Assembly (NCBI RefSeq): GCF_001194135.2 | Contig: NC_068981.1 | Span: 43,799,373 to 43,834,844 of the forward strand | Length of the DNA: 35,472 nt | DNA from: Octopus bimaculoides | Lineage: Eukaryota | Direction: 5' to 3' | Shown here: positions 23,648 to 33,753 of the stretch, one piece after another | How positions within the stretch are numbered: the first letter of the stretch is position 1 | How the letters are laid out: every line of letters starts with the position of its first letter | Position numbers and translations under genes: made by a program | The notes under the pieces: generated by a model | Databases searched by the model: none | Seen by the model: the letters and a program-made list of their open reading frames with translations, nothing else | Told to the model about the DNA's origin: nothing

Positions 23648-24507
23648 CAAGGGGTACCTAAAAGTAACTGGAAATGCAATGTTCTCTGTGGGACAAACCC
23701 ATCATAGTTTTGAGTCTTCACTGCTAGATACCACTTCATATGACACTCAAGCATCAGTCTGCCAACCGGCAGCATCAATTGAAGTTGTACTGCCATGTGG
23801 TGTGTCTTTGTTTTGCAGTGCTCCTCCCTTGTTCATTGATTTTTGTGATGGCTGAAACGAAGGAACTGCATACTTCTATGAAATTTTGTTTTCTGCTGGG
23901 GAAATCAGCATTCAAAACAGTTGTCATGCTTCAAACTGCTTACAAGGACGCTGTCATGAGCAAAACACAAGTTTACAAGTGGTTTTCATGCTTTAGGAAC
24001 AGTCACTTGTCACTTGGAGACCACCCTCATTCAGGAAGACTGTTGACCTCTCAAACAAATTAAAACATCATGAAAATTCATGAACTGATCTTGGAGGACC
24101 ATCATCAAACAATTGACAAACTTGTTGATATGACTGGTGTCTCTTGGAGCTCCTGCCAATGAATTCTGAGTGAAGAATTGAGAATGAAAAAAGTTGCAGC
24201 AAAATTTGTGCTGCAAAATCAGTTACCACTGAATGCTTTGTGAACTGAAGGAACAGTTGGAAGTTGATCTGGACCTGTTTTCAAAGGTCATCCCTGGTGA
24301 CAAAGGCTGGGGCTACAGAATATGCAGATGTGGAAGAGGCGAAGAAAACAAAAAATGGAAGCATTAAATGGCATCACTTCGCAAGAGCTCCAGCACTGCT
24401 TTGAATAGGGGAAAATGCACCTGGACCAATGCATTGCTTCAAATTGAGAATACTTTGAAGGTGATAAAAGTGTAAACATGTAAAACTAAATGAATATTTA
24501 TTTCCAG
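23648..24507 (+). mobile_element. Internally deleted mariner (HTH region, first catalytic D and C-terminus retained)
   Basis: TA|caaggggtacctaaaagtaactggaaat left TIR. From 23848: MAETKELHTSMKFCFLLGKSA...MSKTQVYKWF...HSGR, then VSWSSCQ*IL...KKVAAKFV, VIPGDKGW, and a jump to DVEEAKK...EYFEGD. Confidence 0.9.
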
Positions 24508-24888
24508 CAAGAGATGGGGCACCCCAACCCTACCATATAAAATAAGGACTTACTTAAGGAAATCTTGACAAATAGGTGGATCGGACAATGAGGTTCAGTA
24601 CAATATCCTGCATATTCACTAAACCATATACCACTAAATACAAAACTATAAGAACTTTAGACAACTATTGAAAGAACATTTTCAAAAATACCAAATGAAA
24701 TATTTCTTGATGTTTGTGATTCCGTTATTTGATGGTTGGACCAGAGCAGTCATGAATTTGAAAACAGGTATCCATAAAAATAATTAAATTCTGTCTGTAA
24801 ATTCTATTAAATTTTGAGAATGAAATGTATTAAAATAAACAATAACTTTGTAATTATTCAACACATATATTTTTGGAGACGCCGAATA
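24500..24888 (+). mobile_element. 3' fragment of a different Tc1/mariner-superfamily element (FQQDGAP...WIG.RG type)
   Basis: FQQ(D)GAPQPYH...NRWIGQ*GSVQYPAYSLNHIPL matches recalled FQQDGAPPH...RWIGRRG..EWPPRSPDLTPLD. Ends in tttttggagacgccgaa|TA. Confidence 0.75.
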
Positions 24889-24896
24889 TACTTTCT

Positions 24897-25302
24897 CTGT
24901 TTACTTGTTTCAATCATTAGACTGCTGCCATCCTGGGGCACCACCTTGAGGAATTTTAGTTGAATGAGTCAACCCCAGTACTTTTAGTTTTTTTAAGTCT
25001 GGTACTTATTCTATTAGTCACTTTTACTGAAATGCTGAGTTATGGGAATGTAAACACAATAATACCGTTGTCAAGTGGTAGTGGAGGACAAAAACAGACA
25101 GAAAGACACACACACACATAATATATACATACAGATATGACAAGCATCATTCAGTTTCCATCTCTCCAATTCACTCACAAGGTTTTGTTAAGCCTGAGAT
25201 TATAGTAGAAAACATTTGCCTTAGGTGGCATGCAATGGGATTGAATGCAGAACCATGTGGTTGGGAAGTAAACTTCTCACCACACAGCCACTCCCACACC
25301 TA
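24897..25302 (-). mobile_element. Family A SINE
   Basis: Head-to-tail similarity to the 22543 copy in reverse orientation. Confidence 0.85.
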
Positions 25303-25342
25303 TATGCGTGTGTATATATATATATATATATANNNNNNNNNN

Positions 25343-25406
25343 AATCGTCCAACCCATGCTAGCATGGAAAGCGGACGTTAAACGATGATGATGATGATGA
25401 TGATGA
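25343..25406 (+). mobile_element. RTE-type 3' tail following a 10-N gap
   Basis: ccaacccatgctagcatggaaagcggacgttaaac(gat)n. Confidence 0.85.
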
Positions 25407-26610
25407 TTAGATTGTCAAGTATGAAATTTGTAGTAAGGTATATGTTAAATCTTGACAGCTGCACCTTTTGTGCCATTATTATGTTTTGATAATCTTTGTT
25501 TTTTGTTAGAAAGCTGACACATCTATTTCTTTATTCTAACTCATTTTGTGCTTTATAAAGAATTTATAAATCGTATTTTGCTGTTTTTGTTTAAGGATGG
25601 ATAAGTCGGAAATTTGTACAGTTTTGAAATATGAGTTCTTTCTTGGAAATGCAACATCACAGACAGCTCGGAATATTAATGGAGTATTTCATTCTAATGT
25701 TATTACACAGCAGACAGTATCAAATTGGTTTGCAAAATTTTGTTCTAGTAACTTTGACCTCACAAATGAGCAATGGGGTCGACCAGAAACAAAGGTGGAT
25801 AATGATGAACTGAAAGCTACAGTCGAGTCAGATCTATATCAAAGTACCTGTGAATTTATTGTTGTTTGGTGTTAGCAAGCAAACAATATTGACTCACCTA
25901 GTTCAAATAGGTAAAGTGAAAAAGTTCAATAAGTGGGTTCCACATGAACTCAATGAAATTCAGAAACAGCACCGTTCGGAAGCCTGCAATGTGCTACTTT
26001 CTCATCACAAGGATGAATCATTTTTGAATCACATTGTAACATGTGATGAGAAATGGATCCAGTACAACAACCGTAAATGTTCAGCACAATGGTTGGACAA
26101 AGACAAGCCAACAGAACACAGTCCAAAAAGCAAAATTCATCAAAAGAAGCTGATGGTGTGTGTTTGGTGGTCTGGCGCAGGTGTGATCCATTAATATTTC
26201 ATTAAATCTAGCTTATCAATCATTGCCAAAGAGCACTGTAGCCAACTGGACCAAATGATGTAGAAACTTACAAAAAACAACCTAAATTCATCAACAGATC
26301 CACTCCTATTTTATTGCAAGACAACACCAGACTACACATCACAAAAGCGACTGCCCCCACTGACTACCACTTCTTCCAGAATTTGGACAACCTTTTGACA
26401 CGAGAAAAATTCAATTCCAATGATGTTGTAAAACAGGCCTTCCAAGATTTTATTGACTCTAGATTGCCAGGCTTTTACAGTTCCAGGCTGGACAAGCTAC
26501 CCATGAAATGGCAAAAATGTATCGACACTATGAGTGCATACTTTATTGTATTTATAAAACATTAGCAAACTTTCTTTTCTTTTCTACAATTTTCATACTT
26601 GAAGACCTCT
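25407..26610 (+). mobile_element. Near-full-length mariner, HsMar1/cecropia-like, transposase pseudogene at 25597-26545
   Basis: TIRs ttagattgtcaagtatgaaatttgtag (25407-25433) and ctacaattttcatacttgaagacct (26584-26608). Motifs WVPHEL, VTCDEKW, KLMVCVWW, LQDNTRLH, APTDYHFF and LPMKWQKCI. One frameshift near 25860, stops at about 26192 and 26260, and an in-frame deletion. Confidence 0.95.
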
Positions 26611-26630
26611 CTCTCTCTCTCTCTCTCTCC

Positions 26631-26668
<38 letters not shown>

Positions 26669-26754
26669 NNNNNNNNNNNNNNNNNNNNNNNNNNNNNNNN
26701 NNNNNNNNNNNNNNNNNNNNNNNNNNNNNNNNNNNNNNNNNNNNNNNNTATATA

Positions 26755-27135
26755 TCTTTTTATTCTTTTATTCTTTTATTTGATTTGTTTCAGTCATTTG
26801 ACTGCAGCCATGCTGAAGCACCACTTTTAGTCGAACAAATTGACCCCAGGACTTATTCTTTGTAAGCCTAGTACTTATTCTATCAATCTCTTTTGCCCAA
26901 CTGTTAGGTTATGGGGATGTAAACATACCAGAGTTGGTTGTCAAGTGATGTTGGTGAGGGGGACAAACACACACACATACACATATGGCGGACTTCATTC
27001 AGTTTCTGTTTACCAAATCCATTCACACGGCCTGAGGCTATAGTAGAAGACACTTGCTTGAGGTGCCACACAGTGGGACTGAACCCAGAACCATGTGGTT
27101 GGTAAGGAAGCTTCCTTACCAACCACTCCTGCATC
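26755..27135 (-). mobile_element. Family A SINE
   Basis: Tail (ttttatt)n-tgtttcagtcatttgactgcagcc through head cttaccaaccactcctgc. Confidence 0.88.
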
Positions 27136-27725
27136 TCATCATCATCAAATACATATATATATGTATACACACAAAAACACACACATAGATAAATAGGTGG
27201 ACTGGTAGATAACTAGATTGATAGATAGATAGACAGAGAGATAGAAAATTAGATTGATGGATGAATATTGATGTACATATACAAACACACATAGTTATTA
27301 ACAGACACAAACATGTGTGCAAATATAGGGGTGGCAGCATCAACAGTAATTGGGAATTTTAATATTATCTAAGAAGTGGTCCTTAAGTAGATGTACATAA
27401 ATGAAACACAAAGTGGATCTGCTTGTCTTGAATGATTAATCTACTGTTTGATAAGTTGCAGCCTGAAAATCCTGTCTTCTCATTGTATGAGTCCTTGAGC
27501 GAGGAGGTTTCAGGAAGCTTGAACATGACTTGAATCAACTTAGAGCATTGCCAAAGAAAGAAGTGAAGCGTGAGAGAGAGAGAGGTGGGGGGAGAATATG
27601 TGGATGTGTATGTGATATATCTATATCTATGTATTTATCTATCTATCTATCTATTTCTACACACATGTATATTATGAAGAGAAAGAGAGAGAGAAAATAT
27701 GTGGGTGTTTATGTAATATACCTAT

Positions 27726-27770
<45 letters not shown>

Positions 27771-27805
27771 NNNNNNNNNNCTATATATATATATATATTG
27801 TGTGT

Positions 27806-27842
<37 letters not shown>

Positions 27843-28364
27843 AGTGTATATGTATATATATACATATATATGGAGAGAGCAAGAGAGAAGGGAGAGGGTG
27901 TAGTAGATGTTACTTTTGTTACTTCTAAACTACATCTGGTAAACTATTGATATTCTCAGAAAACTCTTTTTCCAACAGACTAACAAAATATGGTTTAATT
28001 AGAATAAAATTGACTAAACAAAAGGATAACATATTCCCATGAACATATCCCTCAAGTACCTGTAAATATCATGCTACCTGAGTAGAATATTTCTTTAACA
28101 GGATAAAAATAACTTTCCTCTCTGTTTCTCTAGTATGAGTAGTGGTTGTGAATAACAATAAGGGGAAGAACTTCAAGAAGTTTGAGTATGGAATCCATCA
28201 AATCCATTTAAAGATGCAGTGGGATGGGTTAACTTCTCAGTTCTCCGCCCACTGAAACATTTAGTAACAAACTCTATAGCTCTTTCCATTTGGATTATTA
28301 AGTGAAGGACAATCTTAATTTGTGTTTTACATTCTTCAATCATTTCAAGAATGGATATATATGT

Positions 28365-29115
28365 GTGGTTCTGTGATAAGAAGATTGCTTCCCAAACCAC
28401 ATGGTTAGTGTTCAGTTACCACCTTGGGTAAGCATCTTCTGCTATAGACTCAGGCCGACGAAAACCTTGAGACTGGATTTGGTAGACGGAAACTGAAAGA
28501 AACCTGTCATCATCATCATCATCACCATTTAACGTCCGTTGTCCATGCTGGCATGGTTTGGACGGTTTGACCAGAGTTGCTAAGCTAGAAGGTTGCACCA
28601 GACTCCAGTCTGATTTGGCATGGTTTTCTATGGCTGGATGCCCTTTCTAATGCCAACTACTCTGAGGGTGTAATGGGTGCTTTTGCATACTACCGGCATG
28701 GGAGCCATTTCCATGACACCAGTATCTGCTACGACAGTGATTTTGCTCAGCTTCATGGGTCTTCTATTCAAGCACGACGTAATGCCAAATGTCTAGGTCA
28801 TTGCCAACACTCAAAATGAACTCAGCCACTTTGCCTCCGTGAGGCACAATGCTCGAAAGGAACACAGCCTCTGTGAGGCTCAGTGCTTGAAAAGAACTCA
28901 GCCACTTGTGTCTGTCTTTGTGTCTGTGTTTGTCACCCTCATTACCACTCAATAAACGGTGCTGGTGTGTTTACATCCTTGTAACTTAGCAGTTTGGCAA
29001 AAGAGAACAACAGAATAAGTTAGAATAAAAAAATTGGGACTAAAACCCTTCAAGGCAGTGCTCTAGGATGGCTGCAGTCAAATGACTGAAACAAGTAAAA
29101 GAATAAAAGAACACA
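28365..29115 (+). mobile_element. Family A SINE split in two (28365-28507 and about 28905-29115) by an antisense RTE insertion
   Basis: The 5' half ends at ggtagacggaaactgaaagaaacctgt. The 3' half resumes at tgtgtctgtgtttgtc and ends in gactgaaacaagtaaaagaataaaaga. Confidence 0.85.
28508..28900 (-). mobile_element. 5'-truncated RTE LINE (end of RT ORF, 3' UTR and (GAT)n tail)
   Basis: The minus strand reads LSLTEA...NDLDIWHYVVLE*KT (an RTE-type DRxxWRxxV terminus), then the UTR and ccatgccagcatggacaacggacgttaaat(gat)n. Confidence 0.8.
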
Positions 29116-29561
29116 TATATAGTCTTTTATTCTTTTACCTGTTTCAGACACATATAAATACATATACACACATTAANNNNNNNNNNNNNNNNNNNNNNNN
29201 NNNNNNNNNNNNNNNNNNNNNNNNNNNNNNNNNNNNNNNNNNNNNNNNNNNNNNNNNNNNNNNNNNNNNNNNNNNNNNNNNNNNNNNNNNNNNNNNNNNN
29301 NNNNNNNNNNNNNNNNNNNNNNNNNNNNNNNNNNNNNNNNNNNNNNNNNNNNNNNNNNNNNNNNNNNNNNNNNNNNNNNNNNNNNNNNNNNNNNNNNNNN
29401 NNNNNNNNNNNNNNNNNNNNNNNNNNNNNNNNNNNNNNNNNNNNNNNNNNNNNNNNNNNNNNNNNNNNNNNNNNNNNNNNNNNNNNNNNNNNNNNNNNNN
29501 NNNNNNNNNNNNNNNNNNNNNNNNNNNNNNNNNNNNNNNNNNNNNNNNNNNNNNNNNNNNN

Positions 29562-29897
29562 CTACAGCTGGATGCCCTTCCTAACGCCAACCACTTAGAG
29601 AGTGTAGTGGGTGCTTTTACGTGTCACCTGCACGAAGGCCAGTCAGGCGATACTGGCAACGGCCACGCTCGAAATGGTGTCTTTTATGTGCCACCCGCAC
29701 AAGCCAGTCCAGGGGCACTGGCAACGATCTCGCTCGAAAACCCTACAAGGCCAGTCAGGCGGTACTGGAAACAGCCACGCTCAAAATGGTGCATCTTATG
29801 TGCCACCTGCACAAGAGCCAGTCCAGGGGCACTGGCAACGATCTTACTTGGCTTGCTGGGTCTTCTCACGCACAGCACATTTCCAAAGGTCTCGGTC
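29562..29897 (-). mobile_element. 5'-truncated RTE LINE with a tandemly duplicated hairpin 3' UTR (tail lost in the gap)
   Basis: The minus strand begins DRDLWKCAVREKTQQAK* (29897-29844), followed by two 112-bp units. Confidence 0.85.
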
Positions 29898-30025
29898 AGT
29901 AATATATATAATTACAAAGAAACTGACGAAGAATTGGTGACCTATGTTTTCTGTCTGCCTGTGTATCTAGTATATGTTCGTTTATTTATTACACATTCTT
30001 TTTTAATTATATAGGCAAATTATAT

Positions 30026-30188
30026 AGGCACAGGAGTGGCTGTGTGGTAAGTAGCTCGCTTACCGACCACATGGTTCCGGGTTCAGTCCCACTGCGTGGC
30101 ACCCTGGGCTAGGGTCTTCTACTATAGCCTCGGGCCGACCAAAGCCTTGTGAGTGGATTTGGTAGATGGAAACTAAAAGAAACCCGTC

Positions 30189-30220
<32 letters not shown>

Positions 30221-30428
30221 GTTTGTGTGTCTGTGTTTGTCCCCCCAACATCACTTGACAACTGATGCTGGTGTGTTTACGTCCACATAATCTAGCGGTT
30301 TGGCAAAAAAACCCCGATAGAATAAGTACTAGGCTTTCAAAGAATAAGTCCTGGGGTCGATTTGCTCGACTATAAAGGTGGTGCTCCAGCATGGCCGCAG
30401 TCAAATGACTGAAACAAGTAAAAGAGTA
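30026..30428 (+). mobile_element. Family A SINE, young full-length copy, about 125 bp upstream of the SMPDL3 exon
   Basis: ggcacaggagtggctgtgtggtaag...ggttcagtccc...(TA)n...gactgaaacaagtaaaagagta. Roughly 90% similar to the 22543 copy by eye. Confidence 0.92.
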
Positions 30429-30553
30429 ATAGGTAGGTCATATTTTCCGTTTGTTGTCTTTTTATTTAATCCCGTATGTATGCATACATACATACGCACG
30501 CACGCACGCACACACATATATTTGTTTGTGTATGTGTTTGCTCCATCTTTCAG

Positions 30554-30807
30554 GGACAGCATCCCACACATCAAGGACTCCGAGGACAGCCTGGACAAGG
30601 TGTACGAGGTGATCGGCAACATCACCCACCTCCTCCGCTCCACCTTCCCCAACACCACCATATACCCGACCGTCGGCAACCATGACGCCTACCCGTCCAA
30701 CCAGATGCCCAACACTGCCCCCGGGTCTGACTTCTATGCTCAGCTGCTGACCCGTAGCCACTGGGCTGAACTTCTCCAGCCGGACGATCAGGCCCAGTTC
30801 GTTACAG
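30554..30807 (+). CDS. SMPDL3: Internal exon of an acid sphingomyelinase-like phosphodiesterase (SMPDL3A/B family, calcineurin-like metallophosphoesterase)
   Basis: Acceptor ccatctttcag| and donor |gtgagt bound a 254-nt exon (phase 2 to phase 1). Translation: (G)DSIPHIKDSEDSLDKVYEVIGNITHLLRSTFPNTTIYPTVGNHDAYPSNQMPNTAPGSDFYAQLLTRSHWAELLQPDDQAQFVT(G). It carries the metal-binding GD and GNHD motifs with SMPDL3-like spacing (from recall: WTGD.pPH...FP...ypalGNHD..P.nQ.P). N-glycosylation sequons NIT and NTT. A versus B paralogue cannot be assigned. Confidence 0.93.
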
Positions 30808-31664
30808 GTGAGTAGTCTCATAGCCAAACCTTGTCTTCACGAGTGTCTGTTTTGTTTTGTTGTAGTTGTTCTTGTTGTTGTTAATTACTTTCGTTCCATC
30901 ATCATCATCATCATCATCGTCATCATCATCATCGTCATATATATATGTGTTGGCCTAGACCTGTAACAGAAGTGACTGACTCAAAGTGTCATGCAGGTAA
31001 AGGTGTATTTTTGTCTGTGGTTTGCAAGTTATTGTTACAAGGAGGAAAGTAAGCAATTTACTAACTTTAGCCACAGGAGAATTATGTATGGAAACCAAAG
31101 TTTGGTTAAGTGACCACTGAAATTCATTGCTGGCAAGTAAGCTACATTAAAGAGGAAAAGATGTGTTTTAAGGAGGCCAATTTCTTTAAAAGAAAGGATA
31201 TAGTCATTGGGTGATGGAAACAGAAAGAACAAAGAGGTGAAATCCATCAATACAATGCAATAAAGTTGAAGTTCCGGCGCCAGAGTGGTATGACTGAAGG
31301 TGAAGAATAAAACAAAGAATGCGTAATTAGGCATGATTGTGAAGATAAATGAGCTTCTGATGTCAAACTTACAAATGCTGTGATTACTAACACATGTATA
31401 ACAATGATGTATATGTAAAAATATACAAAACAAAGAATAGATAAACACATACATATATGGAAATGATATACAAAGACTATGCTTGTTATACACGTGCATA
31501 CATAAGCAAATAAAATGAAAATCTATACATATATATGTGCATCAATAGACCAAACAAAGAATATATCCTGTATAAACAAACATACATCTGTAAATAAACA
31601 AAACATATACCCATACAAGCATATAACATTAACATACATGTAATAATGTATATGCATGTGCACA

Positions 31665-31735
31665 CCAACGTGGTAATCCAGCATGACCATAGTCAAGTAA
31701 CTGAAACAAGCAAAAGAATAAAAGAATACATATAC
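31665..31735 (+). mobile_element. Family A SINE, tail only
   Basis: ccagcatgaccatagtcaagtaactgaaacaagcaaaagaataaaagaata. Confidence 0.7.
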
Positions 31736-32031
31736 ATGCATGTACGCACACACACACACAGACACACACACAATCAACAAACAAGTATGTTAAAATCAGT
31801 GAGTTTATATATGAGAACACACACACTCATTCACACACATGCATATGCACACATGCATACGCCCACACACACATACACACACATGTATAAATGCATACAC
31901 ACTAACACACTCACACACACACACACACACATATATATGTATATATATATATATAGTGGTGCATATGTATGCAAATGTTGACAATCCATGGGTTTGCTTG
32001 TCAGTACTTGATTGAGGCAGCGATAACTTGC

Positions 32032-32149
32032 CTACATCTCTCATCACTGGTAACTCTCTGCTATCAAAAAGACATTCAGCCACAAAATACAATTTTATAT
32101 GATAATGCTCATTAAAGAAATGAATTATGGCTTCAGCATCTGGCTGAAC
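32032..32149 (-). CDS. Candidate 118-nt exon of an unidentified minus-strand gene
   Basis: Acceptor ttctattaccag| and a consensus GC-type donor AG|gcaagt. The only open frame is VQPDAEAIIHFFNEHYHIKLYFVAECLFDSRELPVMRDV(G). No homology recognised. Confidence 0.25.
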
Positions 32150-32207
32150 CTGGTAATAGAACATATATATACATATACCTATATTCATACATACATACAC
32201 ATTCATA

Positions 32208-32250
<43 letters not shown>

Positions 32251-32489
32251 TTATCTATTTATTTATATAGAATATATAGAACCAACCCAATTGTTGGACA
32301 TACAGTTTAAGTTTGATTTGGTACTTACATGTCTACAGTATCCGACCAGCACTTAATAAATTCATTGTTGTAGTCTTCACTATGGATTCCATGTTAGTGT
32401 ACTTATCCATTCCTGGCATCCTATATGTTGATGTGCCATGATTCTTTAGAATTCTATAACTAACGTCTGTCTACATGCATTTATGTATA

Positions 32490-32795
32490 TGTCTATGTGT
32501 GTGTTTGTGTTTGTTTCCAACTATTGCTTGACAACCATTGTTGTTGGTTTGTTTGTGTCCTTATCATTAAGTTGTTTGGCATAAGTGACTGACAGAGTAA
32601 GAGCAAGTGCCAGGCTTGAAAAATATAAGTGCTGGGGTTGATTCCATTCAGCAAAAAACACAACTATCAAGGTAGTGCTCCAGCATGGCTGCAGTTCAAA
32701 GACTGAAACAAATCAAAATAAAAGATAACCTATGCAAGCTTGGATAAGTGGATGTTAAATGATGTTGGTGATGATGGTGATGAAGATGGTGGTAT
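32490..32795 (+). mobile_element. Diverged family A SINE 3' half followed by an RTE-type tail
   Basis: gtgtttgtttcc...gtgctccagcatggctgcagttcaaagactgaaac, then cctatgcaagcttggataagtggatgttaaatgatg. Confidence 0.7.
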
Positions 32796-32859
32796 ATTCA
32801 TAGATTCAAATGTATGCAGTGATGTTGAAGTGTTGGACAGCTGAATACATTATCATAAA

Positions 32860-33105
32860 TTTTAGATATTGGCTTCAAATTCTGGCATATGGCCAGCAAT
32901 TTCAAGGGGCTGAGTTAGCTGATTACTTTGACCCCAGTGTTCAACTGATATATGGGTTATATATTTTATCGACTTGAAATGACAAAAGGTAAAGTCAACC
33001 ATGGCAGAATTTGAACACAAAACATAAGGACAAATGAAATGCCACTAAGCATTTAACCCACCATGCCAGCAATTCTGCCAGCTCACAACCTTACCATAAA
33101 TTGAA
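32860..33105 (-). mobile_element. Family B SINE
   Basis: ttgaccccagtgttcaactg...ttttatcgac...aaggtaaagtcaacc...gaatttgaac...aattctgccagctc. Confidence 0.8.
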
Positions 33106-33712
33106 ATATTACTACAGCTACTGTGTTGTGCCTCTGAACAAGTAATTTTTGCTTGTTTGTTCCATTTTCTCCTGACTAAACAGCAAACAGGCTTCCAGCC
33201 CTCTCTCAGAAGTATTTTTCCACACCCCTCTAGCTTTTAGTCTTAAAAAATTTTACCTGAGGATCTAGTTTTAGCTCAATACATCTAAAATTCATTTATA
33301 TATAGAAAATAAGTTTTAAGTTAATGTACAGTGAGAAGAAATATGAGACCAATAGCTTAGGAAATGTTCTTTATCAGTGAAGTATGAGGGTTATATTATG
33401 GATGTGCAATCTTTAAATAGACAGTAATAAAGTGAGAGACAAAAGAGGAATGAATTGTTGGAAAAGGTAAGCAGGTTCAAGGGTGAGAGAAAAGCAGGAT
33501 TGAAGGGTGTAGGTTATAAAAATAACTAGTAGCCAAGAAAGGTTAAGAGAAGAATACCTAAAATACATACATAAGTATTATTGTTTTCGAGAGATGAAGG
33601 AGAGAATATAAAGAGATATATTGAATATATGGCTAGAATAAGAAATAACCATGAAAAAAAAAAAAGTAAAACAAAGACAGAATGAGTGGGAGGTGTGTGT
33701 ATGTGTGTGTGA

Positions 33713-33753
<41 letters not shown>

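Noticed and set aside
27196-27210. tggactgg as the WTG end of the preceding SMPDL3 exon
   Set aside because: It is not followed by GT in the required phase, and it lies in a GATA-rich simple repeat.
29635-29843. Hairpin repeats as a CRISPR array
   Set aside because: The context is eukaryotic, the intervening sequences are themselves duplicated rather than unique spacers, there are no cas genes, and the array lies in a LINE 3' UTR.
30378-30553. N-terminal part of the 145-aa ORF (MVLQHGRSQMTETSK...) as part of SMPDL3
   Set aside because: It derives from the SINE tail and intron. The coding part starts at the acceptor at 30554.
30476-30827. Alternative-frame and antisense ORFs over the SMPDL3 exon
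   Set aside because: These are shadow ORFs caused by the high GC3 of the real frame.
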